Shown: positions 1-12,816 of the stretch, one piece after another
Numbering within the stretch: the stretch's first letter is position 1
Layout: each line of letters starts with the position of its first letter
From: Octopus vulgaris
Taxonomy: Eukaryota
DNA length: 64,000 nucleotides
Assembly (NCBI GenBank): GCA_951406725.2
Contig: OX597824.1
Span: forward strand, 65,100,001 to 65,164,000
Direction: 5' to 3'
Made by a program: the position numbers and the translations under genes
Notes under the pieces: generated by a model
What the model was told of the DNA's origin: nothing
What the model saw: the letters and a program-made list of their open reading frames with translations, nothing else
Databases searched by the model: none

Positions 1-608
1 TGCAATCTTTTCACGTCAAATTCTTGATCACAGAGTCTCCAGATCCACACTCAATCACTGTCAGAAAATACAGCAAATCTGGACTCATTGGAGAATATGA
101 CTGTCCCAAAATGCTAGTGGCCTCTCCCACTGGACCAATCTTTTCTCCGCTTGATACTGGCTGGTTGAAGAAGTGGCTTCCTTCTTACTGCTCTGCCTAA
201 GTAGCCAAGTTTGTGGTGATACCGGATAGCTGTTCTGGGACTGACATCAACTTGTTCTGCTATGTCAGAGGCCTTGCAATGAGGATTATCCTCCATACTT
301 CTCTTAACAAAGAGAGGGCCCTGGTCAACTTGGACAAGGTGATATATCATTCTATTAACTGTAGAAAGTAGGATTTTAAGGTTTTCTTGCAATTTTATGT
401 TAAGTCTACCTTCAGATTGACTCACAATATGGCCTCTTTGAAATTCAGACAGTTCTAAGGCTTCTTTTGTACATAACATGATTAAACAATCACATAGAGA
501 ACCTGAAACATAAAAATGTCAATTAATGTAAAATATAAACTTTTCCAAGTTAAAATAAACATATTACGATGTTTTATGGGGTGGCTATTTACTTCTATCA
601 TATCTGTG
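1..608 (-). mobile_element. Tc1-like transposon remnant (5' half), same family as 35556..36620
   Basis: ORF 114..479 ([11 protein letters not shown]...RRKPLL) is a Tc1 N-terminal HTH region; terminus TA|CACAGATATGATAGAAGTAAATAG is shared with the second copy. Confidence 0.85.
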
Positions 609-619
609 TACATTCTTTT

Positions 620-800
620 CTACTGTAGGCACAAAGCCTGAAATTGGGGGTGGGGACAGTCGATTAGATCAATTTATCGACCCCACAAAAGGAGGAAAGG
701 CAAAGTCAACCTCAGCAGAATCTGAACTCAGAACATAAAGACAAATGAACTACCGCTAAGCATTTCACCTGGCATGCTAATGTTTCTGCCAGCTCACTGC
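620..800 (-). mobile_element. tRNA-derived SINE (family with ctgagttcaaattccgccgaggtcgactttgcctttcatcc core)
   Basis: Reverse complement of the copies at 29470, 30767-32140 and 36662; another reverse copy lies at about 3080-3275. Confidence 0.75.
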
Positions 801-832
801 GTATATTTGTATCATTTTACATTGGTTGTTCT

Positions 833-1061
833 TTAACCCTTTAGCATTCAAACTGGCCATATCCGGCCAGAATATTTAACCTGTTTTATATTGAAACTGA
901 CCAGAGCTTGCCTCTTAACTCAGCCCTACCATGTCATTCTAAAACTAAAAAAACCACATCACTGAAATCTCTAAACTACAAGATAATACATGATTAATTC
1001 AAAACAATATAAATAAACAAACATCACATTTGAGAGAATAATCTGAACACTAAAGGGTTAA
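833..1061. mobile_element. piggyBac-type MITE
   Basis: TTAA|CCCTTTAGCATTCA ... TGAACACTAAAGGG|TTAA terminal inverted repeats with TTAA target; a partial relative lies at about 53805-54014. Confidence 0.75.
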
Positions 1062-2074
1062 TGCTTGCATTTAGTGGATAGTGATCGCATCTTACCACCT
1101 GTTCTGAAACTTTGGCATCTTGTAAACACACAAAACAGACAAGTTCATCAATCTTTACTGTTGCATTTGTCAGTTTTATTTATTTACTTTTTCTTTTGTA
1201 TACTGTTTTTTCTTCTAGCATTGAGGTAAAAACAATTAGTCAATGACTGATATTGTTTTTGTTTTCTTATTGCATATTTATTTGTTAGTTTCTTAATTAT
1301 CCTTGTATTAAATATTTTAACACTACCCAAAACATTAGGTGTCTCTTTCTATATATATATATAGAGAGAGAGAGAGGTGGGGAGCCACCTGTGTAGCATA
1401 CATGTATGATGTTCATTTCGTTCTGATATACATTATGTTTTTAACACAAAAAGTCAATGAAGGGATATTATCTCAGGTAACTCCACAGCATCATGCCTTC
1501 TAACAATGTATGTATGTTTAATATGATACATACATAGCAATTTTAATTGAATGCCATTTCAATTACATACACCATATTTTTTTTCATTGTGTGTGTGAAG
1601 AGAGACAGAGAGAGCGTGGTCCAATCATATACTCAAAGAAATCAAGAATTACAAAGAATTCAGTGTTCAAAATAGTAGGTATAATTTTATTTCATATTCA
1701 ATATTTTTTTAAGAGACAATTTGGCCATTGAAACACCGGCCAATTATTTATAGGTACGTGACCCACTGATTTATGCCTAGAATAAGTAATATTTTGTTTT
1801 ATTGAAATATAAGTATATATTCAAGAAAAAATTATGTGGAAAATGATAAAACAATATTGAAATAATCTGTTGTGTCTGGGGAGAGTCATTCTCTTTTAGT
1901 ATGCCTTATAATTTAATACACTCACCAGTAAAGTTTCTACTCAATTACTTATTTATTTTTCTAAAATTTTCGTTGTGTCTTGCAACATTTTCAGTAGTTC
2001 TTGAAATAAAAGAAGCATTTAATTTATTAAAATGAAACAAACCACAGACAGGAAATTTTGTCAATATATGTCTA

Positions 2075-2345
2075 TGAGGGTCAGCCACAAAGTTCATGGA
2101 GTAACCAACATACTCTCATGGAATGTGACCAAATGAGGTCTATTTTTCAACATAGTCTCCTTTGTGTTCCACACACTTCTTCCTTCAGTGTTGCAATGCT
2201 TGGATCTCATTGGTGAAGAAGCTTTCATTCTGTTGGTCAAAAACGTCATCAACAGCAGATATGACATCATATTTGTGAAACTGGTTCCTAACCAAGTGTT
2301 TTTTCATGTTGGGGAACAGATGATAGTCAGATGGGGCTGAAATTA
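2075..2345 (-). mobile_element. mariner transposase C-terminal remnant
   Basis: APSDYHLFPNMKKHL...SFF..I.AL motif in ORF 2185..2400. Confidence 0.7.
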
Positions 2346-4201
2346 CACTGGTACCAAGCTGTATTGACCTTACCTGTCTCTTGGACATGATCAGTGGCAA
2401 GGAGAGGAGAAGCGTGTATGCCGTGGCAACTGCTGATCTTCCTCAACAAAAAAATATACCATGCACTGGCCTGCACCTGTTGTTTGAAGAGGAACTTTCT
2501 CAGTGCAGAAACCTATAGTCAGCCATGATGAGTGGTGGTGGCTGTGTACGTACATATGTCTATGTATGTATATATATATATCAGTAGGACTCCATCAGTA
2601 GATGAAGATTCAGTTGCTCAATCAACTTACTTACCTGCTCCTGTATTAATGTGAAAGTGGCTGAGCTTTCCACAGACACCTGTGACCTTAATGTAATTCT
2701 CAGACAGAATCAGTATGACAAGGCTATATGTTATAAATTTACAGGTACAATCCACCCTATGAGTTTCTATACAGTTTGTTTCCCCAATTTTGCTCACAGG
2801 GCATAGGTTGAACCAAGGTTATAAAAGAAATAACATTTGCTAAGATGCCACAGAGTGAGATCAAACCCAAGACCTCATGATTGTGAAGTGAATTCCTTAA
2901 GCATTTAGCTACACTGTACCTACAATGTATGTATATTTACCTTTAGTAAGGATAACTGGTTAAAAGCTTAATATACATCAAAGTGTATTATAAACCTTAT
3001 AGTATTGGAATTATTTCTGCCTATGTATAATTTTTAATGTTTTTTTGCATTTATACAAATGTTTTTTTTTTTGTAATTATTGGTTTCAAATGTTGATACA
3101 AGGCGAGCAAGTTAGGGTAGGGGATAAGTCGATTGCATCACCCCACAATGCTCAACTGGTACCTATTTCATTGACTCCAAATGGATGAAAAACAATGTCA
3201 GCCTCAACAGAATTTGAACTCAGGACATAAAGACAGACAAAATGCCACTAACCATTCTGCCAGCTCACCGCCTTTGCTTTTATTTTAATTATTGATAAGA
3301 ACATATAATTACTTGAAATGAAACACTTGTAGTTCTCAACCACCTTGATTTTAACCCATTTAATACCAACTTTCTCGAAGCTAGCTCATTTTCTGTTATA
3401 CAAACTTCTTGCTTCAAAGTTATCTAAATTAAAATCTTCCAGCAAAATTTCAAGTTAATTTATGCTTCAACCATCAGCTTCATAAGGACAAAATTTATTT
3501 GATCTAATTTTTCTTTATTTTTAAAATTAATTTGAAAAATTTCAGTAAATTTCAACAGAAATATGGTTACAAAATGGTTAAAGAATTATCAAAAACCATT
3601 AAATCTTAGAGCTAAAATGATACATTAATTAGTCAGGTTCAGTTGGAAGCCTGACCAACTTAAACATGTGTGGAAAAAAAATGTTAAAACATTAATGTTG
3701 ATGATGATAAATGCTGATCTTAACTTTCTTGATACTCCTTGTTCATTGTTATTTAGCCATAGGTCAGCCTTGATTAAGCAGACCTGTGATCAAGAGTACA
3801 CCATCATGGCTATCTTGTATCCCTCAGACATAGTATGCGCTCCATACCATACCATCCAAAGTTTCGATTTTAAAATGGTAGTATGTGGTTGGAGAAAGAT
3901 TTAGCTGCAATTTCTAGCAGGTTGGGTGCTGATGTAGATTCTTCCTTATCAAGTCATGCTCTGAATATTTATGTTATTAGTGTAATTCAGTTTGTAATTT
4001 TTATCCCTTTGTTTTTTGTTTTTGCAGATATTGGCTGTCATTTGCAAGGTGCAGTGTTTTATACAATGAAATTGTTACCCATTCAGCTTGCCAAATGTGA
4101 TTGGTTTTCTTTTAAAACCACACACACTATATTCTGCCTAAAGACCAGTGCCTCCATAATCAGAAGTCTATCAAGACACTGTGGATTCTGCTCCAGTTAC
4201 T

Positions 4202-4444
4202 ATGTCAGCATATACTATCAAAAAGGAAACAGATATTGATGAAGCAGATACAGAGAAAATAACTCAGAATCCTGTTTTGTTAGATTCTAACATGCCCACC
4301 ACAAAAGAAACTATGACTGCTACAACTCATTCCATGGAATTTGTTTTGGATAACAAAATGTCATTTACAACTGTGCCTGAAATAACCACTGGTGAAGAAT
4401 CGCCAAACTATGTACTCATCAATCTCCAAGATCTCCAAAATATG
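4202..4444 (+). CDS. ZNF410: ZNF410-like coding exon 1 (MSAYTIKKE...LQDLQNM); exon probably starts at acceptor 4028
   Basis: Pyrimidine tract and tttgcag acceptor ending 4027; in-frame TAA at 4157; ATG 4202; donor ATG|gtaata, phase 0. Confidence 0.65.
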
Positions 4445-7400
4445 GTAATATTCAACTACATTAATTATTCTTGATTTCTTTTGTTGGTTTCTGCTATGCT
4501 GAGGCACTGCCCTCAAGGATTTTAGGCAAGTGTATCAACCTCAGTACTTTGTTACTTGTCAGTCTAATAAGAGACAAAAGGTAAGTCAGCCTTAGCATAA
4601 AGGATCATAAGTTAGATGGATCTAATTAGTGCAAAGTATTATCTTTTTTATCATACACAGACATACACACATATGCATATATGAGAACATGTTTGTGTAT
4701 ATATGAACACGTGTGTGTGTGTGCATGCATGCATGCAGGTATATCATCACTATTTATTTAATGGCCGTGTTCCATGTTGATGAACTGAGCAGTTCAAGGA
4801 TTACATCATGGACCACTGTCTACTTGTGGCATGGTTTCTACAGCTAGATGCCTTTCCTAACACCAGTCACTTTACAGTGTGTACTGGGTGGGGGTTTTTT
4901 TCATGCAGCCTGCACTAGTGAGGTTGCCATGCAGCTTGCAAGACAAGGGCCCTAAGACAGGTGGCTTTATGCCAGGAGACAAAGGGTCAAAGTGTGAGAG
5001 AAGGGGTCAAAGCTGAACAGGTTTCTTGCTATAAAAGGGGCTATGTGGCTGCTCACATCTTAGAAGAGCAGGTGGAGGAATCAGGCTGGAATGGGGAAGA
5101 GATGAAAGTAGTGGTGATAAGTGTCTGTGTAGACCATAAAGGTGTGTGTGTGTACGTGCACATGCAAGTGTATGCATTTATCTTAGTGTCTCTGTTTTCT
5201 CTCTTTTATTTGGTTCAGTCATTGGACTGTGGCCATGCTGGAGCACCACATTGAAGGGATAGTTGAACGAATTGACTCCAATACTTATTTTTTAAGCCTG
5301 GTACTTTATTGGGATGTAAACAAACCGACACTGGTTTTCAAATGGTGGTAGCAGGACAAATATAAATGCAAAGATACACATATACATATATATGATAGGC
5401 TTCTTTCAGTTTCCATCTACTAAATCTACTCACAAGGCTTTGGTTAGCAATGATGGTGGTGACAAGATGTCAGAGCATACTCTCAAGTAAAAAGGTGAGT
5501 ATAAGAGAGAATATGGACAAAGAATTGAGAAAGATGGGTAGACAAGTTCATTAGAGTGTGAGAGGAGAGTGACTGATGGTTAGAGATGGGTGAATGTAGT
5601 AAATGGGACAAGTGTGGAAGTATGGTTGATGGTAAATATCAATATGAGAGAAGGAGGTTACACCTAAGGCAGTGTATTTCAGCAGAAATATGGTAAGAAA
5701 AAGGGTTAATTATTCAGTAAAATGATGACTAGTTGTTCTAAAATATAATTTCCTGACAATCTTCTTTTCATTTTTATATGTTTGTTCAACAGGTATGGAA
5801 TGACATTGGCACGCCTTTCCTAGTTCTCTCAAATGAAAAGGGTAATATGGAAGCAAAAGTGCTCTATGGCAGTTCAGTAAACATAGGTAAAACATCTAAT
5901 AATGCTCCCCATCTACAATCATTAATTGATACTACATCTCAGACACAGAGGATCAAAACAGGAAAACAGACTTCAAAATCTACTCGATCTATCACATTAA
6001 TTAAAAAGCAAAGTCATACTGAATCAACCACTAAACACTCACTAGAACAGCTACATCCAACCATTATAGCAAGTTCTGCCAACACTGACACATCCCACTC
6101 TCAAAAAGATACTGAAGATGACCGTAAGTTTATTATTATCATTATTATTTTTTTTTTTTTGTATTATTCTATTACATGCTTTCACTGCACTACCAAGTGC
6201 AGCTGTATAAGTCTTGTACTGTGATTTGTTTTGGTGTTATTTTCACTCTATTGAAAATGCTCTAAATAAAATGTATGTGTAACAGTTATGAGTAACATTT
6301 TACATGTGTACATGCTTGTATGTCAGCATCACCAACTGTAACAATGTGTAATGATCCATGAACATTGAAAGTCGCCAATTTGTGCTGTTTAACCCTTTTG
6401 TTACTGTATTTATGTTGAGATGCTCTGTGTTTCTTTCAATTACTTTAGATATAACAAAGAATTTAGTAAAATAACTTAATCATTCAGCTAGTATTAGGAA
6501 CATAAATTGTGACTAAGGTTTGGTAGAAGATTTTAATTCAAAACTTACAAAAACAAGACATTTGTACACAGAGCCAGTTTCAGCCGGGTTGGTAACAAAA
6601 GGGTTAAGTGTAACAATCAATGAATGTTGGAAGTCACCAGTTTGTAATAGTTAAGTGTAAGATCCAATTTTAACAGTTTATAAACATCGAGGGTCACTAA
6701 TTATAACAATCATGTGTTGCAGATAAATGCACCAAAAGATGATGTTAACTATCAGTTGAAATGGTCTTTTATTATTGTCATCAGTAAAAATTAAGTTACA
6801 ACTACTTTGAGTTGTGGTACTCAAATTATCTTTAATTCTATAGTTCATTGTGTAAATGGTTAACTTCATCTGTGAGTGACTACTAAAGAGAGAAAAGGTA
6901 AGAGAGTTTAGTCAAATAGAAGAAGGTTGTTGTTGCACAATGAAAGGATATACTTGAAGTAAGAAAGAGAAATGCTCTCTGACCAGTGGTCAAGGCACCA
7001 AAGAAGGGTAGAACTGATTTGAGGTTGCTTATTTATATTCTTCCTAATCAAAATAGGTCAGACTAAACAAAGGATTTTTCCTTTATATCAGCTTTGACCC
7101 ATGTATGACTCAAAATGGTTAAGAGATCAGTGTGTTCTCATAAATTTCCTAGAGCAACAGGCAGAGAACTTGTAGAAAAATATAGTTTCAGTTTGGAATC
7201 CTGGCTTAGAAATTTGGAAGCTATCCATTACATGTGTAGTGATTAGCAGTGCAATTATCTGTATGTTACACTCATAAGTCCTGTAGTTTGGGCTATGTAT
7301 TGATTTTTGTATTTCAATAGCTTTTCCTTTTCTTTTAGAAATACATTGTCATCTATTATGACCGATATGTTAGATTAGGAAGCATTTTGTTCTTGGTGGT

Positions 7401-9100
7401 CCTTGACAACAATATCTTGTCAGTTAGCTTTGTTCTCCCCATCTGTGTGTATTCGCACATCCCAGAGTATGATCACTTTGTCATTTTCTGAGACCTTTTC
7501 TGAGGCATGCCTATTCCATCTCTTTTCTGTTGACATTCCATAGTCCTGGCACAACTTCCAATGTATATAAGTCCCAAGACAGAGCAGCCAGTGTTTCTTC
7601 CCCATCACCTGTGTGTTGTGTTCTTGAGCAAGACATTTTATTTTACGTTGCTCCAGTTTACTCAGCTGTTGAAATAAGTTACAACATCACTGGTGCTAAG
7701 CTGTATCAGGCTTTGCCTTTCCCTCAGACAAAATTGGTGGCATGGAGAAGGGAGGCTGGTATGAATGGACAACTACTGGTCTTCCAAAAACAACTTTGCC
7801 TGGACTTGCACCATGGAACTTTCTTGGCGCAATCCCATGGTCATTCATGACCAAAGGGAGTCTTTATCCTTTACTCTTCCCCATTACCATATATTCTGCA
7901 GTTACTTATTGTATTCTGCTTCATTATGTTCATTATGTGTTTTTGGTGGTTTCTAATCTTGTATCACAATGAAGATACAGCTTCTGCTCTGAGTCTTGCA
8001 CTTGTAAGCCAGTGTGTTTTTTTTTTTATTCTGTTCAGCTTATTCTAGGATTTTTCCATGTAGCAGTTTTTCTTGCTGTGGTTTTACCATTGCATTCTAC
8101 AGTTCCAGTTTTAGCTTAGATTTAAACTGCTTAAATGTTTTTGTTGTTTCTTCTTTTTCTTCAAAGCTATCGATTATTGTGGCCTCCGCCTTGTATATTT
8201 TTATTTTTTTTGCTTCCTTGTTTATTACTAATTATACAGTGGTGAGCTAGTAGAATCATTAGGGCTTCAGAAAAAATACCTAGCAACATTTCTTATGGTT
8301 CTTTATATTCTCATTTCAAATTCCACAGAGGTCACCTTTTCCTTTCATCCTTTTGGGGTCTATAAACTATGTACCAGCTGAAGAATGTAATCAACTTGCC
8401 CCATCTCCCAAAATTTCGAACTATGTGCCTGTAGTAGAAAGAATTACTTTTATTTTTTTATTATTGTTGTTGTTGTTGTTGCCTTTGCACAGCTTCTAAC
8501 ACTGGAGGTGTACTACAGTGTCAGCTGTTCACTATAGGGTAACACCCTATATTTTTCAAGCACCATCCGGAGTATTCAAGCTATTCCAAGCAGTGCTGTT
8601 TTCTGCAAGTGCTCCACCCTTATTGCAGCCCTTATTTGTTCCATGTACTTCTCAAGATTTTTACTCACTGTTCCCAGGGCTCCAACAATTATTGGTACTA
8701 CTACCATCTTTTTCATCAACCACAACTACATAACCTCCCAAGCTATCATGTCATATCTATCAACTTTTCATTCTTCCTTAGCATATACCTTGTTGTTGGC
8801 TGGGCATGCTATATCTATGATCCAACATCGTTTGCTTTCTCAATTATTATTATTACTATTATTATAAAAATAAAAGCAATTATTATTATTAGTATTTCAT
8901 AAAAATTGTATCATCTGTTGTTTTAATAAAACTAGTTGTGTTTAACCCTAGATCAATCCTGATTAAGTGAAGATCCCAATGTATGATGAAAGGCATTTCA
9001 ACTATAACCATTCTATCTCTTAGTTTCAGGACATAGTAAATCTAGAACAATGTTATTCAGTGACCTGTGGATGTTAAATAATAATAATAATAATAACTAA

Positions 9101-9136
<36 letters not shown>

Positions 9137-10088
9137 CATCATAATGATATATATATATATATATAATGATGATGATGATGATGATGATATATATATATAT
9201 ATATATATGGCCAAGAATTCACGATCTCAAACCCACAAGAGTAAACAAGAGAGACAAGAGACAGGCAGGAACAAAGAAAATGCCCCTTGTATTTGAATTC
9301 TATGCAAATATTCTTTTAAAATAATTTTCATTTAATTCTTCCAAAATTTAATTGTTTTCCGTACTTACAGTTGAAAAAGTCTCAATGACTGAAACCGGTA
9401 CTGAAATGTTTTTTATAAAATTATTTTTGCATTTTCTACTTGGACTTTTTTTCCATATATATATATATATGACACCAAGATCATGGTATTTGTCTCATTT
9501 GTTCTTCTGCACTGTTGTATTCTTCTGAAACTGGGACAATATATGTGCATCATGTAAAAATGTTGGAAAGATTTCATCAGTAATATCTCCATCACATATT
9601 CAGAATAAGCTGGTCCTCATTCATTCCTGACACTGAGGTTCTTGTTGAAACTAGGATCACATCAACCCAAGCCATGCTTATTAGTAATCAATTATGATGG
9701 ACAGGCCATCTCATCCATGTGGATAATGAGCACATCCCCAAACAAATGCTTTATGGTGACCTTATTCTGTGAAAGATAAAAGACAATAAACTGAAGAAAA
9801 GGTACAAACATTCTTTAAAATCAAATTTGAAATGCCTTAAATTATGTCACAAAAGTCTTGAATCACTTGTGGCAGATAGGGAAGTGTGGAGAGCTATATG
9901 GAGTGGTGTTGAAGATTTTGAGCTTGACAGAGTTAGATATGCTGAAAGGAGACATTGCTGCAGCATATGGGATCAGTTCTTTAATACCTTTCAGGGCTCA
10001 AAAGCCATTTAAGATCTTACACTAAGAAAGAGCAATTACAAGGACAAGAAGAGATCAAGCTCTGCAAGGAACAGATAGCCAATATGTA

Positions 10089-10121
<33 letters not shown>

Positions 10122-12785
10122 TCTGTTGGCATTTCAAAGTTTAATATTTCAATCAAACATGATTATGTTTCTTTATCTGAAGACTGTGTTCTGTTTATTT
10201 CAGCCGATACATTATATTCATGCGACAGCCAAGATTGTACAAAGAAATTTACAGCCATCAATTGCAAGAGGTACCACCCAGCCACACATAATAGCCAGAG
10301 GTCACTTGAATGCCTTTATGAAGGATGTGGCAGGAAATTTTCATGGCCTGCTCATCTAAAATACCATCAATTGACCCACACGTATGTATTGATTATTATT
10401 ATTATTAGTAGTAGTAGTAGTAGTAGTGGTAGTGGTAGTAGTAGTAGTAGTAGTGGTAGTATTGAGTGTGAGAGTAGCACATACCATCAAAGTGACTGGG
10501 GTACAAATATACGAAGCCAATATACCCATCATGACTACCTGTCTAATAAGGGTGCACCAGGTACATGCATGACATGATCTCATATCAAGATAAACAGTGC
10601 ATGACCTTGCAGGAGGGGCCAATTAAAATTGTCTTTAGGTTGAGTAGTCCATTCTGCTCAAAAGGTCCCTGAATAAGGTTTGTTTAAGGATGGTGAACAA
10701 AACACCCATGTTTCCAGAGGTGAATTATTCAAACCCCAAAGAATTCTCCACACATAGCTATGATGCTCCCCAACTACTTCTGCTCATGATCAGAGATGCA
10801 CGTATCATCAGCTGCTAATGGAGATGCTCAACTGGTTATGGTCAAATAACTGATAAGCAAATCTGTGGTATTGAGCAGAACATTTGTTGTAGCCCATCTT
10901 TTATACCAAGACAAAACATGTATATGATAACACTTCCAATCAGTTAAGATCAAAAGCCATGAGAGACATTGACTAAATTATTTGAAGTTATTTATTTACA
11001 GTTTCTAAATGTTACATTTAAGTTCAATCTTACTACACAACACCTTGGGCAGATGTCTTCTACTGTTGCCTCATGATGAACCAATACTTTGCAAGCAGAA
11101 TTTGATAGATAAAAAACTATTCAGAAGCCTGTCATATATATATATATATATACACTCCCACCATAAACACAAAAACACACACACATGTTGATATATTTAT
11201 ATTTATATTTATTTAAAAACTATTGTTTTTATGTCAGTGTCCTTTTATGTACAGAAACTCAGAGGTTCAATAAATAGATCAATAACATATGTACCAGACT
11301 GACATAAGTCATGATCAACTAAGGTGATGCCCCAGTGTGGCCATAGCCCAGTAACTGAAACCTGTAAAAGAGCACAAGACTATAAGACAATGGAGTAACT
11401 GATATAGTAGTGATGGACTGACTAACTTCTTTCTTCCCTTTGTGTTCTGAGTTCAGACCCCTGCAGTGTTAAATTTGCCGAGTTCAATCAAATATAAGTA
11501 TCTGTTGCATATTGGGGTCGATTCAATCAACTGTAGCACCACCCCACTACAGTAAATTTGTGATCTTGGGCCAATATGAAAAATTATTTATAGTTTATCA
11601 TAGTTATTCAGTTTGACATGGTTTTGAGAAATAAAAAATATACTTTAAAATGATCACTTCATTGATCAACCACATAATTAATTCTGTTCATTAAGTTGCA
11701 AGTTTTATCATCAACTAATCAATTTTTTCATCTTTTTTACTTTTTCTTTTTATAAAATTCCAACAGAGGTGAAAGACAATATGCATGTACTTCATCTGGT
11801 TGTAAGAAAACATTTTATACTTCTCAACGTCTTGCTGTACACATGAGAACCCATACAGGAGAAAAGCCATTCCAATGCCAGGAAGAAGGCTGTGAAAAGG
11901 CATTTACAACTGCAGGGAATCTCAAAAATCATATTAGAGTACATACAGGTACAAGAATTAAAATGTTTAATACTTGTATGTTGTGAATAAAATCTAAACT
12001 TTCTTAACGGTACAAATACAGCTTTTCATGTGTGTGTGAGATATAGATTTTTTTCTTTCTTATATAACCAAACAAATAAATTAAAATAACTTGTTTTACC
12101 AGAATTTCTGTGTGGACTGTATTTAATTGAGATTATTGTTCAATCAAATATTGCTTTTATTTATTTAGGAGAACGTCCATTTGTATGCAGTCATGCTGGA
12201 TGTAACCGAAGTTTTGCAGAATATTCTAGTCTTCGTAAACATAAATTAGTACATACCGGTAAGTTATTTAAAATTGTTTACAATGATTTTTCACTTGTAT
12301 GATCCTGTTTTCATGCTAAATATATATACTGAAAAATATTGCCTAATATAATAGACATAAACTTACTGCAAATCAAGATTCTGAATCTTAGCAATGGCTA
12401 GTTTTCTTCATTTATACCATTGAATAAATTAATAGCTGCCATAACTTCCATTCCTCCACACAAAAGTGAATGAGAAAGTATACTATTTAATGGATTCAAG
12501 CAATATATACATTTATTGGATGCTCAAGTATTTTACCAGTTCGTTAAAAAAATATCCAATCAGTGTCTTTTCATTACCTAACTTAAAGAATTAATTATTT
12601 ATCTTACCTTTTAGCCTTAAAGGGTTTACTCGAAATTGACCTCAGTACTTTTTTCCTTTCTCTAAACCTAATACTATTCTGTTGGTCCCTTTGCTGAACC
12701 ACTAAGTTACTAGTACATAAACAAACCAACACCAGCTATCAAATGCTGGTGCTGCTGCTGCAGCAGCAGCACCAAACACAAAGAC

Positions 12786-12816
<31 letters not shown>

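Noticed and set aside
1700-1745. Possible further hammerhead relic (ttaagagacaat...attgaaac)
   Set aside because: Too degenerate: the core and stems I and III cannot be assigned.
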